The translations under genes were made by a program, and so were the position numbers. A stretch of DNA of 61,643 nucleotides from a virus, in IMG/VR virus record IMGVR_UViG_3300034691_000060, positions 1-61,643 of that record; one strand, 5' to 3'. The notes below the pieces were generated by a model that worked only from the letters and a program-made list of their open reading frames with translations, made no database searches and was not told the DNA's origin. Positions 43,901 to 51,068 of this stretch are shown here, piece after piece (the stretch's first letter is position 1; each line of letters starts with the position of its first letter).

Positions 43901-46168
43901 ATCGGCACGGTCAAGAACTACGTCCCCCAGGTGTGGGACACCAACGTCATCGCGAAAAGCCCCGAGGCCTACCGGCACGTGATCGCCGGGTACCTCAAGC
44001 GCGAGTGGGCACGCGAGGGGCGAACGGTCGACAACCCGGACCTCAAGGCGCAGGAGATTGCCGACGGCATGCTGGCCAAGCTGACCCAGGAAGACGGGGT
44101 CTACATCCCCGAGCACCGCGGCACCGGCGGGGCGGGGCGGGCGGACAGCCTGGACTACCAGCGGATGATCCGGCTCCAAGACGACCCGATTGCCATGGCC
44201 GAGATCGACGAGTTCGCGCGTAACGGCACGCCGTTGCTGCTCGACAACCTGGAGACCATCACCGTCCGCTACCTGGACCAGGCCGCACGCCGGGCCGTGG
44301 AAGCCGACACCCTGGGGCACCGGGCCTTTGCGCTGAACGACTACACCCGCGCCGTCTTCGAAGGCCGGGGCGCCGTGGCCGATCTGCTGTCGTCCAACAA
44401 GGTGTGGCGGATGCGCCGCTACATCGGCAGCGACGGCGGCATGGAGATGCGCGAGGACAACCTCCCGGTCGCCATGCCGTTTGCCACCGCCAAGGAAGCG
44501 ACCGCCTTCGTCGATACCCTCACCGCCGCCATCGGCGAGAACAATCCAGCGGCTGGGGTCGCGATGATCATGGCCCGGATGCCGGAAGCCAACCGCCAGC
44601 CCTACCAGAAGGCCGCCTACGCCCGCCGGGCCGAAGCGATCGCTAACGGGATTGCCGATGCCGGGGGGTACGCCAAGGACACGGGCGTGCCGCTGAAGCC
44701 CATCCATGCCCAGGGCTACAAGGACGCCATGGGCACCGTCCTGGCCCTGCAGGGGCGCCTCAACTCCGGGGCCAACGAGCACATGAAGGCCTTCTCGCGC
44801 GGCATGCGCACCTTCAACTCGATCAGCCTGCTGTCCATGGCGACCCTGTCCTCGCTGGGGGATGTCCTGCTGCCGCTGGTGCGCTCGGGAGACTTCAGGG
44901 CGTGGACCAAGGGCATGGCCAAGTTCGCCTCCGATCCCGACTACCGGCGCCAGATCCGCAACACGGGCGTGGCCTGGGAGTCGGTCCTGCACAACCGCAT
45001 GACCGGCCTCTACGCCGGGGATGTCGGCGGCACCGCTGGGAAGATCCAGACCGCGTTCTTCAACTTCAACATGCTGACCCAGTGGACCGACCTGGCCCGG
45101 CAGCTGGCTGGGGCGACGGGGTTGGAATCGCTGCGCACCCAGGTGGACATCGCCGCCCGCGCCTACAAGCCGAAGTTCCCGCCCATGGCACAGCCGCCGG
45201 AGTGGAAGCGGGCGAACCGCATCCTCAAAGCCTACGGGTTGGAGAGCTGGGCGACCAAGCCCGCAGGACTGTTGGATCCGTCCGACCCTGCCGTGGCGAG
45301 GGCGATGATCAAGTTCGCCGACGACACGGTGTTCTCCCCCGGCGCCGCGGAGACCCCGCTATGGGCGCAGACCCCGGCCGGATCGATGGCCTGGCAGCTG
45401 AAGAGCTTCCCGATGGCCATGCAGCGGATGGCGCTGGGCTCGGATGGACGCGGCGGGGTGCTGCGTAACGCGTTCCGGGCGGGGCGGCAGTGGCTGTCCC
45501 AGAGCAACCCGGCCTTCAAGGACCTGGCCCGCCCCGGGGACGACGCCTACACGGCGAAGGACGCGGTCCCGGCAATGATGCTGCTGAGTGCCGCTCCAGC
45601 CTTCGGGGCGCTGGTGGTGGGGGCGAAGGATCTGGCACAGGCGCGGGGGAAGGACGAAAACGACAAGTCGGCCCGTCAGCTGAAGGTGCGCAACCTGGCG
45701 ACCACGCCGGTCGGCGAGTTCATGGGGATGGAAGCGAGCGACCAGCACGACGTCTACGGCTGGATGTGGGACTCGATGCTGATGGTGGGCGGGCTGGGGT
45801 ACCTGGCCGAACTGTTACAAAGTACGGCTGCCAACGCGGACAACGGGTATTTCGGCCTTAACCGGACCATGTCCACCCTCCTCGGCCCCAGCTACGCCAT
45901 CACCACGGACGCCTACGCGGTGCTCCAAGGCGGGCTGCGCGGGACCAGGCGGGCGGCAGGGTTCATCCCGGAGGAGGAGCTGGGCACGGTCGGGCTGGAG
46001 CGGGGCGCCATCAACACGGTGCTCAAGCGGGTGCCTGTGCTGGGATCCCAGAACGACGCGCGCATGGGCATCGTGGATTCCATCGTGCCCAAGGAGGACG
46101 AAGGCGCGACCAAGAGCCCTAAGGGCTGGGGCGAGGCCGGGTGGGGCAAGAAGGGGTGGGGGAATTAG
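34919..46168 (+). CDS. giant virion-associated multidomain protein (3,749 aa) with two HExxH zincin-like modules
   Basis: Uninterrupted ORF. HEVAH at 39071..39085 plus NELFAE. HEVGH at 41825..41839 plus QEMFAE. Gly/Ala-rich hydrophobic N-terminal segments. Confidence 0.9.
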   Translation: MPIYEPDLSRVVSPSNELEQGFTKDIPANELLKDRRVLQQMRDYYNETGESFSNDEEMISEYMSDMRWRSANTVGAAMDLNTTENLTPKGKEAYANLLDVFQRVPSFSDEGGGVLGWLTTYGAAGILDPINLVGGAVGKSVGIAGTKAATIAGQSALREGIKAGVKHGAIQEAAANAAASGVISGLEQERDIGLGRRDEFSKMELLGDTALGGAIGGVLGGGIGGAVGAVQAPKRILAEQARQMGELGLPDAASAPGLGESIGIGARGLGREAWDTVARPFGKAPSELSPEGSAGRFDELARGQADQISVARQAETDRLAAEAAAAIPEVETPPVTRNFAAELAAERKHLEDLRKSKVDKDTLAFQQSRVDDIGARMQIQHEIDSVTKAKASMEDGGKADPATLSTFTSRLETLQDAATRIDNDPTTNGLEELRKLRGIQAAQAKQEVNVDPQAKKEGNADANGEQKSADQKSPEDTQVAGDQSTQPKTIPEGTTIPGVTSAQAQPETQGVVQPPPPPPADRTAELPDLARQFYDVFAADNPGFADYFSGKVAAGLDPKTVEPKTLFQIHAELVKGPATPKPDPVIKAQAAERAKTERLATAPPPVADPRVLDEIEKGRYIGNASGEKTKAKLQENAHLLTAEDVQATRNAKGLTVGELVDKKVTERRRQQVVNAKEAEKQEKVRAQQIEAELRAQQASAGEKAAAAEKTVKVAEQAFTPMTPEEASAKAMDFLNTTMFADLLKGIESTDLGREALAAAVAVYRNIGRTSAGVMDRMLSKIGADVADLYRGKLDKIENLVADTMRDVYVGAGDDPRVAELKALVYTFGLKAKEAAPPKGATPKEAFPYLGGSFGSEMEAQAHATIQANKQVIVGYRTATVPDRNVVTGAITMRRMKVPIYQKQGFSDPVPWVFSGAAEEIDQVGRVDLRSGKQRKAPKRAVPFTSGQRVWYDPITRRSYGTMEELLQVRDGKGFTSAPVAREDLTPDRQPSEAEQARAQAVIEQKAQAAQERVDAAQDAVTQAADFRDRTPPDSENLPMAEEALAGAELDLQAAQKTLDRLLGKAAPTPIDRKEFIRLARTSGVDTATDRLHAQMLERELKPAPEAPKRGIDREVRARKVAEMPTEVPTGRRGALFPKDGNIHGVRILRDKQVAEGKTVRDLLGEEGNPEDFIVGHVPETLAADKKNAAAYFEPFESKATTEAPKPKGMSRDSATMMLLRDSDIAELRSAGWAVDPSRTVEWLNHVLAFEDAEKSWGLIPNKDTFGEHVDKLRAGYRVLSELAPGGILRDVATREEAIAEVRRMFAKQPPAILAEAERFLARLAGDASPILSRDPLSPPREGKVVLGQFRKDLDTAEANRVYVNTETDVAHPVMGTTAALQTLWHEVAHWAYINILTPEDRLTFWEGVGEQMYDKKTGQISEAAFDRLLGPRHNEKATGGNLTGNGRSVVNELFAEQFVTWMGRESETVGDPAFWGRMTQILKAVFDWFHGKNPVAPEFEALFSKIVPNEEERMRLAAGGGMRLADLSDIGRHVRSRGLQLDDLENDFFPAWLDSDPAAMVYQSKEVLRHIASLVPSFHGKEKAKGSFGPLAGMRNELIEARKALLVAFRDSGIEVNEEKLSVAASLDRSDPFLTELTELFATGKADADTLDALFEIRAIPKQMERRIRQAMSDPQARAKVLDDVAAYVEESPVVGDAAADAAFVHEQLGEDGVMRIADPRYADKALRDLFETMSLPDLFGTMRALYRQALIDTDGIGTLNMAEIPESIRQAKTLTPEMLKKHREQFRSPPAAMRRYESRLLSLGIEPPPRRVGEPGAKAVGQERTDATKARKAQAAAAISRRKLTKLDQDGLLDLWRKTDSDADKRQIASVLTEKLNAEIPASEAEIYGRQSGRRPYTGLRSPELHAKAIELLDSGDADGARQVAMEMRLRQMKKSGDSAGLSMLTFRETAMRDGIEDSVSVPAKAPLLMKPLLKAMQHRDPAIARTQRTLAFRLLSLAGDHQLLTNAHVAELLGWDPPETVSPISVSDDAYKELRKSARHLAVATQRGAADPEETVGQLAKLLVRSGALSDRRADVQSLFDRWVDSEAGRGAALDTYDGILTDTPESWLASLWTKTASNTPSPQPDWVLDMPVAPEVFSRLTSVGAFDSTAYITPRVLAEKAMSLELAAWKALGDKAGFDRVMAERAAVYDALETALPTGVKMPTVSAKQTLAQAKAIFSKHDPEVLDAAISLLSGTGFRGGEGFRLREADLSGEGARGITTLGFRGTESNAVVLSNRYGSMATGEKNPQSGADRLSTLIHEVGHWAYFNILGRDERDAFWKWVETANFKRGPDGGFVREAPLLHTNPSADPSFGGVRSNAAESPQEMFAELFNAWAQSRGDSPVAQPSWWDTFSADVRDVLEWHTNPMSVPDELTQVMSRILPVGDSGIALPVGTAAKLHGLSVNAAFPRELFGADLAAKGRAVLQDMTDAAAYVLNGQVADGALKDRYLRLFLYGDLFDNTDKALSLDARVRPGREADYEAKLLTAMSQTERESLRQWTRGGAGEYPDGSPKVHYLTPDGEIVRRTPGAKRTPGQLTSPRAVALAERRNDLLDAADQSDFRAENLRNVFRTNGGDTHLTMAREAEARARRLEDQANAIEDRLTEMGEPLFSPVEAVSIRADDPLDLSDSAWMDVQSSQFEDVVSSVAARAAQRYGGVDIEDALRIYASAESVGGTTVRGDVFYQSLLDAVAHSVETDQGTAKALVDASMFDLGHDVVLHAGGQVVLRDPSVQARSIKGLLENPEPKESLTPSPVAGRTVGSVIQAMALSDDAATPKHALRTAFGSLPPADREIGDLFSEISEGGVPSEAGLTKLREASRSTRTFGTNAKRMHQYGMRYLGKYTEDYSPAVNQQFGQWWAPLVDALRAVEPESSALGRAARNYGKNLLAPFSKAEQPEAHAKVMRVLRYAPGTTHFDRLWAGLKPKERDLYKTVRQTFGSALDRLKQAGVVIGTVKNYVPQVWDTNVIAKSPEAYRHVIAGYLKREWAREGRTVDNPDLKAQEIADGMLAKLTQEDGVYIPEHRGTGGAGRADSLDYQRMIRLQDDPIAMAEIDEFARNGTPLLLDNLETITVRYLDQAARRAVEADTLGHRAFALNDYTRAVFEGRGAVADLLSSNKVWRMRRYIGSDGGMEMREDNLPVAMPFATAKEATAFVDTLTAAIGENNPAAGVAMIMARMPEANRQPYQKAAYARRAEAIANGIADAGGYAKDTGVPLKPIHAQGYKDAMGTVLALQGRLNSGANEHMKAFSRGMRTFNSISLLSMATLSSLGDVLLPLVRSGDFRAWTKGMAKFASDPDYRRQIRNTGVAWESVLHNRMTGLYAGDVGGTAGKIQTAFFNFNMLTQWTDLARQLAGATGLESLRTQVDIAARAYKPKFPPMAQPPEWKRANRILKAYGLESWATKPAGLLDPSDPAVARAMIKFADDTVFSPGAAETPLWAQTPAGSMAWQLKSFPMAMQRMALGSDGRGGVLRNAFRAGRQWLSQSNPAFKDLARPGDDAYTAKDAVPAMMLLSAAPAFGALVVGAKDLAQARGKDENDKSARQLKVRNLATTPVGEFMGMEASDQHDVYGWMWDSMLMVGGLGYLAELLQSTAANADNGYFGLNRTMSTLLGPSYAITTDAYAVLQGGLRGTRRAAGFIPEEELGTVGLERGAINTVLKRVPVLGSQNDARMGIVDSIVPKEDEGATKSPKGWGEAGWGKKGWGN

Positions 46169-46908
46169 GTCAGAGCAAAGGTCTCGCGAGCCGCCTCGGC
46201 AAAATCCATGGCGGCTTGCTCGTCCTTCTGCATCAAGCCGAACAGGTATTCCAGGCCCTTTGCCGTGACAAGGATCTGGCGCCCCATCTCCCACCCGCCT
46301 ATCAAGACAGGGACGGCGACATACTCGAAGCGCCCGGCGTCGATGTGCTTCTGGTATGGCGCCCCGTTACGACGCAACAACCCCCACTCCGCATACTTCG
46401 CACGTAGACGCTTCTCGCCGATGCCGAGAACCTTGGCAGCCTGGTCCGTCGGCATCGAGCCTTTGGACCCGGAGAGCCGACGGTGGTAGTCGACGGAGAA
46501 CTGGGCAGCCTCGAGCTTTGACTCCAGGCACAGAACCTTCTCGACCTGATCCGCCCACGCCCGTGCCGCAATCGCCGGGTTGGTGAAGTCGGGGAGGCCG
46601 AAACCGGGCTTCTTGATGACGGCTTCCTCTAGCTCGGCAAGCCGTTTGATGACCCGCATCCTGGCGGTGGAGTCGTAGCCGGTCATCAGGCAGTACACGC
46701 TGTCGCGATCCATGACGACCTGGCGGTTGACCTTTCCGGAAGAGTCGACGTAAGTGCTTGATGTAAAGCCTAAACCCAAATCTGGGTTCAGTGTCTCTAG
46801 CAAAGAATCTATGTCCCTCAGCACATGAGCATGGCGCTTCCCGGTCAGCTTGGAGACTTCCCGGCTGGTCATGGTAAGGGTGGACGGATGGACGATTTCG
46901 TTGGCCAT
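46165..46908 (-). CDS. Rha-family regulator fused to a KilAC/ANT antirepressor domain
   Basis: MTSREVSKLTGKRHAHVLRDI (Rha pattern). C-terminal DQAAKVLGIGEKRL...APYQKHIDAGRFEY (KilAC pattern). Its stop overlaps the giant-gene stop. Confidence 0.8.
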   Translation of the reverse strand: MANEIVHPSTLTMTSREVSKLTGKRHAHVLRDIDSLLETLNPDLGLGFTSSTYVDSSGKVNRQVVMDRDSVYCLMTGYDSTARMRVIKRLAELEEAVIKKPGFGLPDFTNPAIAARAWADQVEKVLCLESKLEAAQFSVDYHRRLSGSKGSMPTDQAAKVLGIGEKRLRAKYAEWGLLRRNGAPYQKHIDAGRFEYVAVPVLIGGWEMGRQILVTAKGLEYLFGLMQKDEQAAMDFAEAARETFALT

Positions 46909-47033
46909 AAAAACCCCACTTGGTTGGACGATATGCTCGGGATGGAACAGGCACCCGGTTAAGGCTGCCCCCCGAACAGATCGCCCACCGAGTGGGGCTG
47001 CGCCGGGTTCCATGCCGACCCGGCAATCCTACC

Positions 47034-47252
47034 TCACACCTCAGCTGGCTGCAACCAGGCGGCGTCCAGCTCACCGCGGGCGCCGTTCCTCACCGACGCG
47101 AACGCCACCAGCCAGCCGGTCTGACAGCGCGCCTCGCTCACCTGCGTGACGCGGCACAGCCCGTACTGCGAGTGCGGCGGCACGGTCTCGTCCCAGAGGT
47201 CAAGGCGCACCAGGTCGCCGACTTCGAAGGGCGCCTCGTATCTCATCGTCAT
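47034..47252 (-). CDS. hypothetical protein (72 aa)
   Basis: ATGA-coupled ORF tail MTMRYEAPFE.... Confidence 0.55.
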   Translation of the reverse strand: MTMRYEAPFEVGDLVRLDLWDETVPPHSQYGLCRVTQVSEARCQTGWLVAFASVRNGARGELDAAWLQPAEV

Positions 47253-47608
47253 AGTTCGCCCCAATCCAGCGGCTGGTATTTCGTAGCGACGACTTCGACC
47301 GGGTTCGGCATCTCTTCGCTGAAAACGACACACACTCCGGCGCGCGTCTCGTATGCAAGCCGCGCTTCCAGCTCTCTCGTTATCGGCACACGGCAGTCGA
47401 TGACAAGGACCGTTGTCTCTGGGGTATGTAATTCCGTCTCCATGAGCCAGCCGACATCGCGGACCTGGATGTCTCTCCGTTCGAAGTATGCCGAACAATC
47501 CCGCGCCGCCTTGTAGTCGAAGTCGTTACAGATGTAATAGGCCCCGAGCGGCGCATCGAGCATCTGCCGTTCGTGGGCCGGCAATGGAATTTCCAGTGTG
47601 CTAGTCAT
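47249..47608 (-). CDS. hypothetical protein (119 aa)
   Basis: MTSTLEIPLP.... ATGA coupling at both ends. Confidence 0.6.
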   Translation of the reverse strand: MTSTLEIPLPAHERQMLDAPLGAYYICNDFDYKAARDCSAYFERRDIQVRDVGWLMETELHTPETTVLVIDCRVPITRELEARLAYETRAGVCVVFSEEMPNPVEVVATKYQPLDWGEL

Positions 47609-47814
47609 GTCGCTCTCGCTCCCGCAATGGCTGACCCGCACCCGTTGCACAGCCGATCCGGCCGGCGGAGATAACCAGAGGGGCGCCAGGCAATGGCTGC
47701 CTCCGCAATCCCACGCCCGCAATGGCAGCAACGGGATGCCTTTCGACTGCCATTCGTGCGCAGCCAGAACACTTCCTTCCAGTAAAATCTCGGTGCCTTC
47801 TTAGAGCTTGGCAT
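47605..47814 (-). CDS. Cys-rich zinc-ribbon protein (69 aa)
   Basis: CCHCGR...CNGCG. Confidence 0.5.
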   Translation of the reverse strand: MPSSKKAPRFYWKEVFWLRTNGSRKASRCCHCGRGIAEAAIAWRPSGYLRRPDRLCNGCGSAIAGARAT

Positions 47815-47943
47815 GGGCCCCTCGGGATGCTATGTTGTGGCTACAGGGTTGCAGTGTGTGTGTCATCTCTGTGTGTCCTCGCCGGATCTCTCCGCCCCAG
47901 ACTCCCGGCACGCCGATCGTTCTCGGCAGTGATAAGCCTCGGT

Positions 47944-47963
47944 CCCCAGCGCCGGGGCTTTTT
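47944..47963 (+). terminator. weak plus-strand hairpin plus T5
   Basis: CCCC-AGCGCC-GGGG C TTTTT. Confidence 0.3.
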
Positions 47964-48005
47964 GCTGTCTGGGGCCCGATTTCTTCTCGCTCCAGTTGTG
48001 GACTC

Positions 48006-48038
48006 GGCCCGGCCAGCCTCCCGCCGGGCCTCTTTTTG
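48006..48038 (+). terminator. plus-strand intrinsic terminator inside the minus-strand module
   Basis: GGCCCGG-CCAGCCTCCCG-CCGGGCC followed by TCTTTTTG. There is no U-tract in the minus orientation. Confidence 0.55.
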
Positions 48039-48044
48039 CCCGGG

Positions 48045-48293
48045 CTAGATCGACGGCTCGGGCAGCTCCAGGTCCTGCTGCGCCTCAAGCCCAATGCGGT
48101 GCCGCTCCCAGGCCACCAGGGCGCGCTCCATGCGGGTCCGCTGGGCGCCTTCCTTCAGCCCCAGAACCTCGGTCACATACCGGCGGACCTCGGTCTCGTT
48201 GGCGCGGGTCGCCGTGATCAGGGAGTCGTGGGCCTCCGCCTTCTCGCGGTCTTCGAAGATGGACCCGTCGTCGGTCAGGAATCGCAGTGCCAT
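48045..48293 (-). CDS. hypothetical protein (82 aa)
   Basis: Complete ORF. Confidence 0.6.
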   Translation of the reverse strand: MALRFLTDDGSIFEDREKAEAHDSLITATRANETEVRRYVTEVLGLKEGAQRTRMERALVAWERHRIGLEAQQDLELPEPSI

Positions 48294-48356
48294 GTGTCGC
48301 TTCTCATGTGGGTGGGTGCCCCGATGCGCCCGGGGCGATGCGTTAAGTCGTTGATT

Positions 48357-48797
48357 CTAAAACGGAATGTCGTCGTCCTCGAAGGTCGCCGGCCGGGTGG
48401 TGGTCGTTCCCCCAGCCGTACGCGGCGGCGGGCTGGACCGTGGCGCTTCCTCCGCCCGCTTCTCGGGCACGGCGTTCTTCGGCTTGGCTTCCGCACTCCC
48501 AAACTGGATCTCGCGGACGTTGATCGACACGTCCGGGCGGGGATTGCCCTCCTTGTCGGTCCAGAACTTGATGGGTTCCATGTCGCCGATGACGGCTACC
48601 TTCATCCCGCGGACAATGATCGGAGCCAGCTTCTCTGCACGCGTCTTGTAGAGCATGCAGCGCACCCAAAGCGTTTCCTTGCGATCTCCCCAACCGGTGT
48701 CGACGCCGACGATGACAGGAAGATAAGCCGATCCGTCCTTGCTGTACTTCAACTCCGGGTCGCGCCCCACATTGCCGAACAGCGTCATCTGAATCAT
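48357..48797 (-). CDS. ssb: single-stranded DNA-binding protein
   Basis: OB-fold-like N-terminus (TLFGNVGRDPELKY). Pro/Gly-rich linker. Acidic tip FEDDDIPF. Confidence 0.9.
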   Translation of the reverse strand: MIQMTLFGNVGRDPELKYSKDGSAYLPVIVGVDTGWGDRKETLWVRCMLYKTRAEKLAPIIVRGMKVAVIGDMEPIKFWTDKEGNPRPDVSINVREIQFGSAEAKPKNAVPEKRAEEAPRSSPPPRTAGGTTTTRPATFEDDDIPF

Positions 48798-49396
48798 GCG
48801 ATGCGTCCCATGTGCCCGAGCACATTCGCCGCCACTTCTTTTGCCCCAGCCAACAGCTCAGCTATCATCGTTTCGTCTCGCTCGTAAATGATGTGGAGAT
48901 AGTCGACCGGCGTTACGCAACGTGGGTCGTATGAAACGAAATGCGCACGCTGGCGCTCGGTCACCCCGAGAATGAACTGCATCTGTGCGATGTATTCTGC
49001 CGGCGCCTTCTGCTCCAGCCAGTACCCGCAATGCACGCGGGTGCTTGGCGCCTTGATCTCGATGATGCCGTCCTTCCCGATCAGTCCGTCCGGGCTGCAC
49101 CCGATGGCGCCCTTCCACCCGTCCAGCCAGGCATAGCCGACGATCTCCACGGGGAGGCCGGTTTCCAGATCGAACCGCAGCCGCGCCGCCCGCTCGGTCT
49201 CGTTGCCCCAACGCATCGCTTCGGTGTTGCCGTGCTCTTCTATATGCCGAGACGCCCGCTCGGCGAATAGCTCCTTGATCAGCGTCCTGCGTTTCGCCGG
49301 AGTGAGAAGCTGCCAGGCACAGGTACTGCCGACAACGCCCCGTCGCATGACCAGCCACTCCGACGACCCCTGTTCGACATCCACCCACTCAGGCAT
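48794..49396 (-). CDS. YqaJ/lambda-Exo-like recombination exonuclease
   Basis: QGSSEWLVMRRGVVGST and GCSPDGLIGKDGIIEIK (PD-(D/E)xK). Confidence 0.85.
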   Translation of the reverse strand: MPEWVDVEQGSSEWLVMRRGVVGSTCAWQLLTPAKRRTLIKELFAERASRHIEEHGNTEAMRWGNETERAARLRFDLETGLPVEIVGYAWLDGWKGAIGCSPDGLIGKDGIIEIKAPSTRVHCGYWLEQKAPAEYIAQMQFILGVTERQRAHFVSYDPRCVTPVDYLHIIYERDETMIAELLAGAKEVAANVLGHMGRIA

Positions 49397-50087
49397 CGGG
49401 CGGCGCCTCCCTGGATGCCGCATACGCATTCGCTTCCATGCGCTTGGTCAGGATCTTGATGGCCTGTGCCAAGGCGTCGTTCGGCATGTCGTCCAGCGAG
49501 GCGACCTTATAGGCGCCCATGAGCTTCTCGGCTGTCGTGGCGCCCTTGGCCAGCAAGTCGTCCAGGTGGGAACGCATGCCGGCGTCTTGGGACGGGATGT
49601 CGGCGGCTTCGAATTCCTCGCGTAACGACTGGACGTAGCGGGAGTCGTCAAACTTCCCAAGGAATACGTCGATGCTGAATCCGAGCTTTGAGAGCGCCTT
49701 GCTCAGCGTATTGGTTTCAAGTTTCTTGACCCAATCCCCGTCATAGATCCCCTGCTTGGCCGAGAAGATTGGCATGTCGTTGCCGATTTCGAATGACCCC
49801 TGAGGGTAATAGAACACGGCACTCATCATGCAGTAACGGTTGGTTAGCTTCTCCGCCAAGGGGTCGCCCACCGCCGGGAATATCTCGCGCTTGATGTCGC
49901 GCAATCCCCAGTTGCTTCCGTACGGGCCCCACTCTTTCGTCGCCTGCATAATGAGCCAAGCCGGATCGATGTCAGTGTATTCTCGGCCCCGGTCTTTCAC
50001 CTGCTTGGTGTAGCGCGGGTCGGTCTTGCATACCCGCTCCCATAACTGCATGTTGCTGATCTCGACGGCTACCGTCTTCTCGCTCAT
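49389..50087 (-). CDS. single-strand annealing protein, Rad52/Sak-like (putative)
   Basis: Positioned upstream of the exonuclease and SSB. TNTLSKALSKLGFSIDVFLG resembles the Rad52-family helix-hairpin. Confidence 0.6.
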   Translation of the reverse strand: MSEKTVAVEISNMQLWERVCKTDPRYTKQVKDRGREYTDIDPAWLIMQATKEWGPYGSNWGLRDIKREIFPAVGDPLAEKLTNRYCMMSAVFYYPQGSFEIGNDMPIFSAKQGIYDGDWVKKLETNTLSKALSKLGFSIDVFLGKFDDSRYVQSLREEFEAADIPSQDAGMRSHLDDLLAKGATTAEKLMGAYKVASLDDMPNDALAQAIKILTKRMEANAYAASREAPPDA

Positions 50088-50647
50088 GGCTTCTTCCCCA
50101 CTGAAACTGAAAGTTGCTTCACCGACCACTCCCCGTCGCGCACCAGAACGCTGCCCAGGCGCCGCAGATCGTCGCGTCCGCCCGGCGTGAGCTTCAGCCA
50201 CTGGCTGCGTTTCATGCTGATTTTTGTCCCGGTCGCGCCGGCCATGCTTTCCGAGATAACGTTCTGATCTTCCTTGCTCAGGGTCGACATGAGCACGGCC
50301 AGCCTGTCCTCGGAAATGTCCAGCTTCACATGGACCTTCGGGTTGCGGACCATCTCGTATTGCTCGCCGGCGACGAAGAACTTGAACGACTCGGCGCTTT
50401 CGGGGATGTTCAGCAGCGCGACCAGTTGCTCGGTGTGCTCGCGCTTGTTGCGCATGGCAATTCGGATCTCCTCGCTGGAAGCGAAGATATGCCCGATGCG
50501 TTTCTTGATGTTGTGTTCGAGGATGTCCGGCTTCGGCACCGGCGGAGGGAGAATATCTGCCGGCACATACGGCGGCGGCCCGATGACGGGGACGGGCGGC
50601 TCTTTCGCTTCGAGGTCGTCGAAGCTGTCGGGGAGTGTGTGTTTCAT
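50084..50647 (-). CDS. hypothetical protein (187 aa)
   Basis: ORF with ATGA coupling downstream. Confidence 0.65.
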   Translation of the reverse strand: MKHTLPDSFDDLEAKEPPVPVIGPPPYVPADILPPPVPKPDILEHNIKKRIGHIFASSEEIRIAMRNKREHTEQLVALLNIPESAESFKFFVAGEQYEMVRNPKVHVKLDISEDRLAVLMSTLSKEDQNVISESMAGATGTKISMKRSQWLKLTPGGRDDLRRLGSVLVRDGEWSVKQLSVSVGKKP

Positions 50648-50687
50648 GGCGCCTCGGTTGTTTGGGAAAAATACATCTCAGGATGCA

Positions 50688-51068
50688 TTAACCGTCGATC
50701 ATGGCAAGTGTGATGGCCTCCTCCCGTGGGGTCCAGAACGATGCCTTGCTCCACCCGCCGGCAGCCAGCCGACGCTTGCGCTTGCTCCAGCCAACAAGCA
50801 GCAGCGTCGTGCCGGGGGTGGAGAGCCAGGCCCGGGTCATATCTGCGTTCGTAACGGTGAGCTTTTCCTTGTGCTCCGAGAACGACGTGCCGCAGGATTG
50901 CACGCCAATGACGCCGTCGGCACCCAGGGCAATGATGTCAATGATGCCCAGGTAGTCCTGCCTGAATCCTCCGCCCGGTACGCCAGGCTTAGCGATCCAT
51001 CTTTCGACCATGCCCACCGTATAGCCCCGATCCCTGAGCCAGCCCAGCGTCCGTTGGGTGTTGGTCAT
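50688..51068 (-). CDS. PD-(D/E)xK-fold nuclease / Holliday-junction-resolvase-like (putative)
   Basis: ERW...DYLGIIDIIALGADGVIGVQSCG pattern. Weak call. Confidence 0.5.
   Translation of the reverse strand: MTNTQRTLGWLRDRGYTVGMVERWIAKPGVPGGGFRQDYLGIIDIIALGADGVIGVQSCGTSFSEHKEKLTVTNADMTRAWLSTPGTTLLLVGWSKRKRRLAAGGWSKASFWTPREEAITLAMIDG

Noticed and set aside
34874-44992. Very long alternative-frame and antisense ORFs inside the giant gene: 34874..36457 (-), 36563..38446 (-), 40664..43606 (-), 43643..44992 (-) and 40486..42696 (+).
   Set aside because: These are typical high-GC shadow ORFs. Their translations are Arg/Gly/Pro/Ala-rich with no motifs, and they are fully nested in a gene with clear domain content.
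34919-46168. Giant protein as an N4-like virion RNA polymerase, with the hairpin boundary motifs as its promoters.
   Set aside because: I could not find T7-like motifs (T/DxxGR, motif A D..S, motif B R...K......YG, motif C HDS/A) anywhere in the 3,749 aa. The HExxH modules point to a different kind of protein. It should still be tested by a profile search.
47808-48887. 359-aa plus-strand ORF across the SSB region.
   Set aside because: It is antisense to clear genes (the SSB with its DDDIPF tip) and has shadow-ORF composition.
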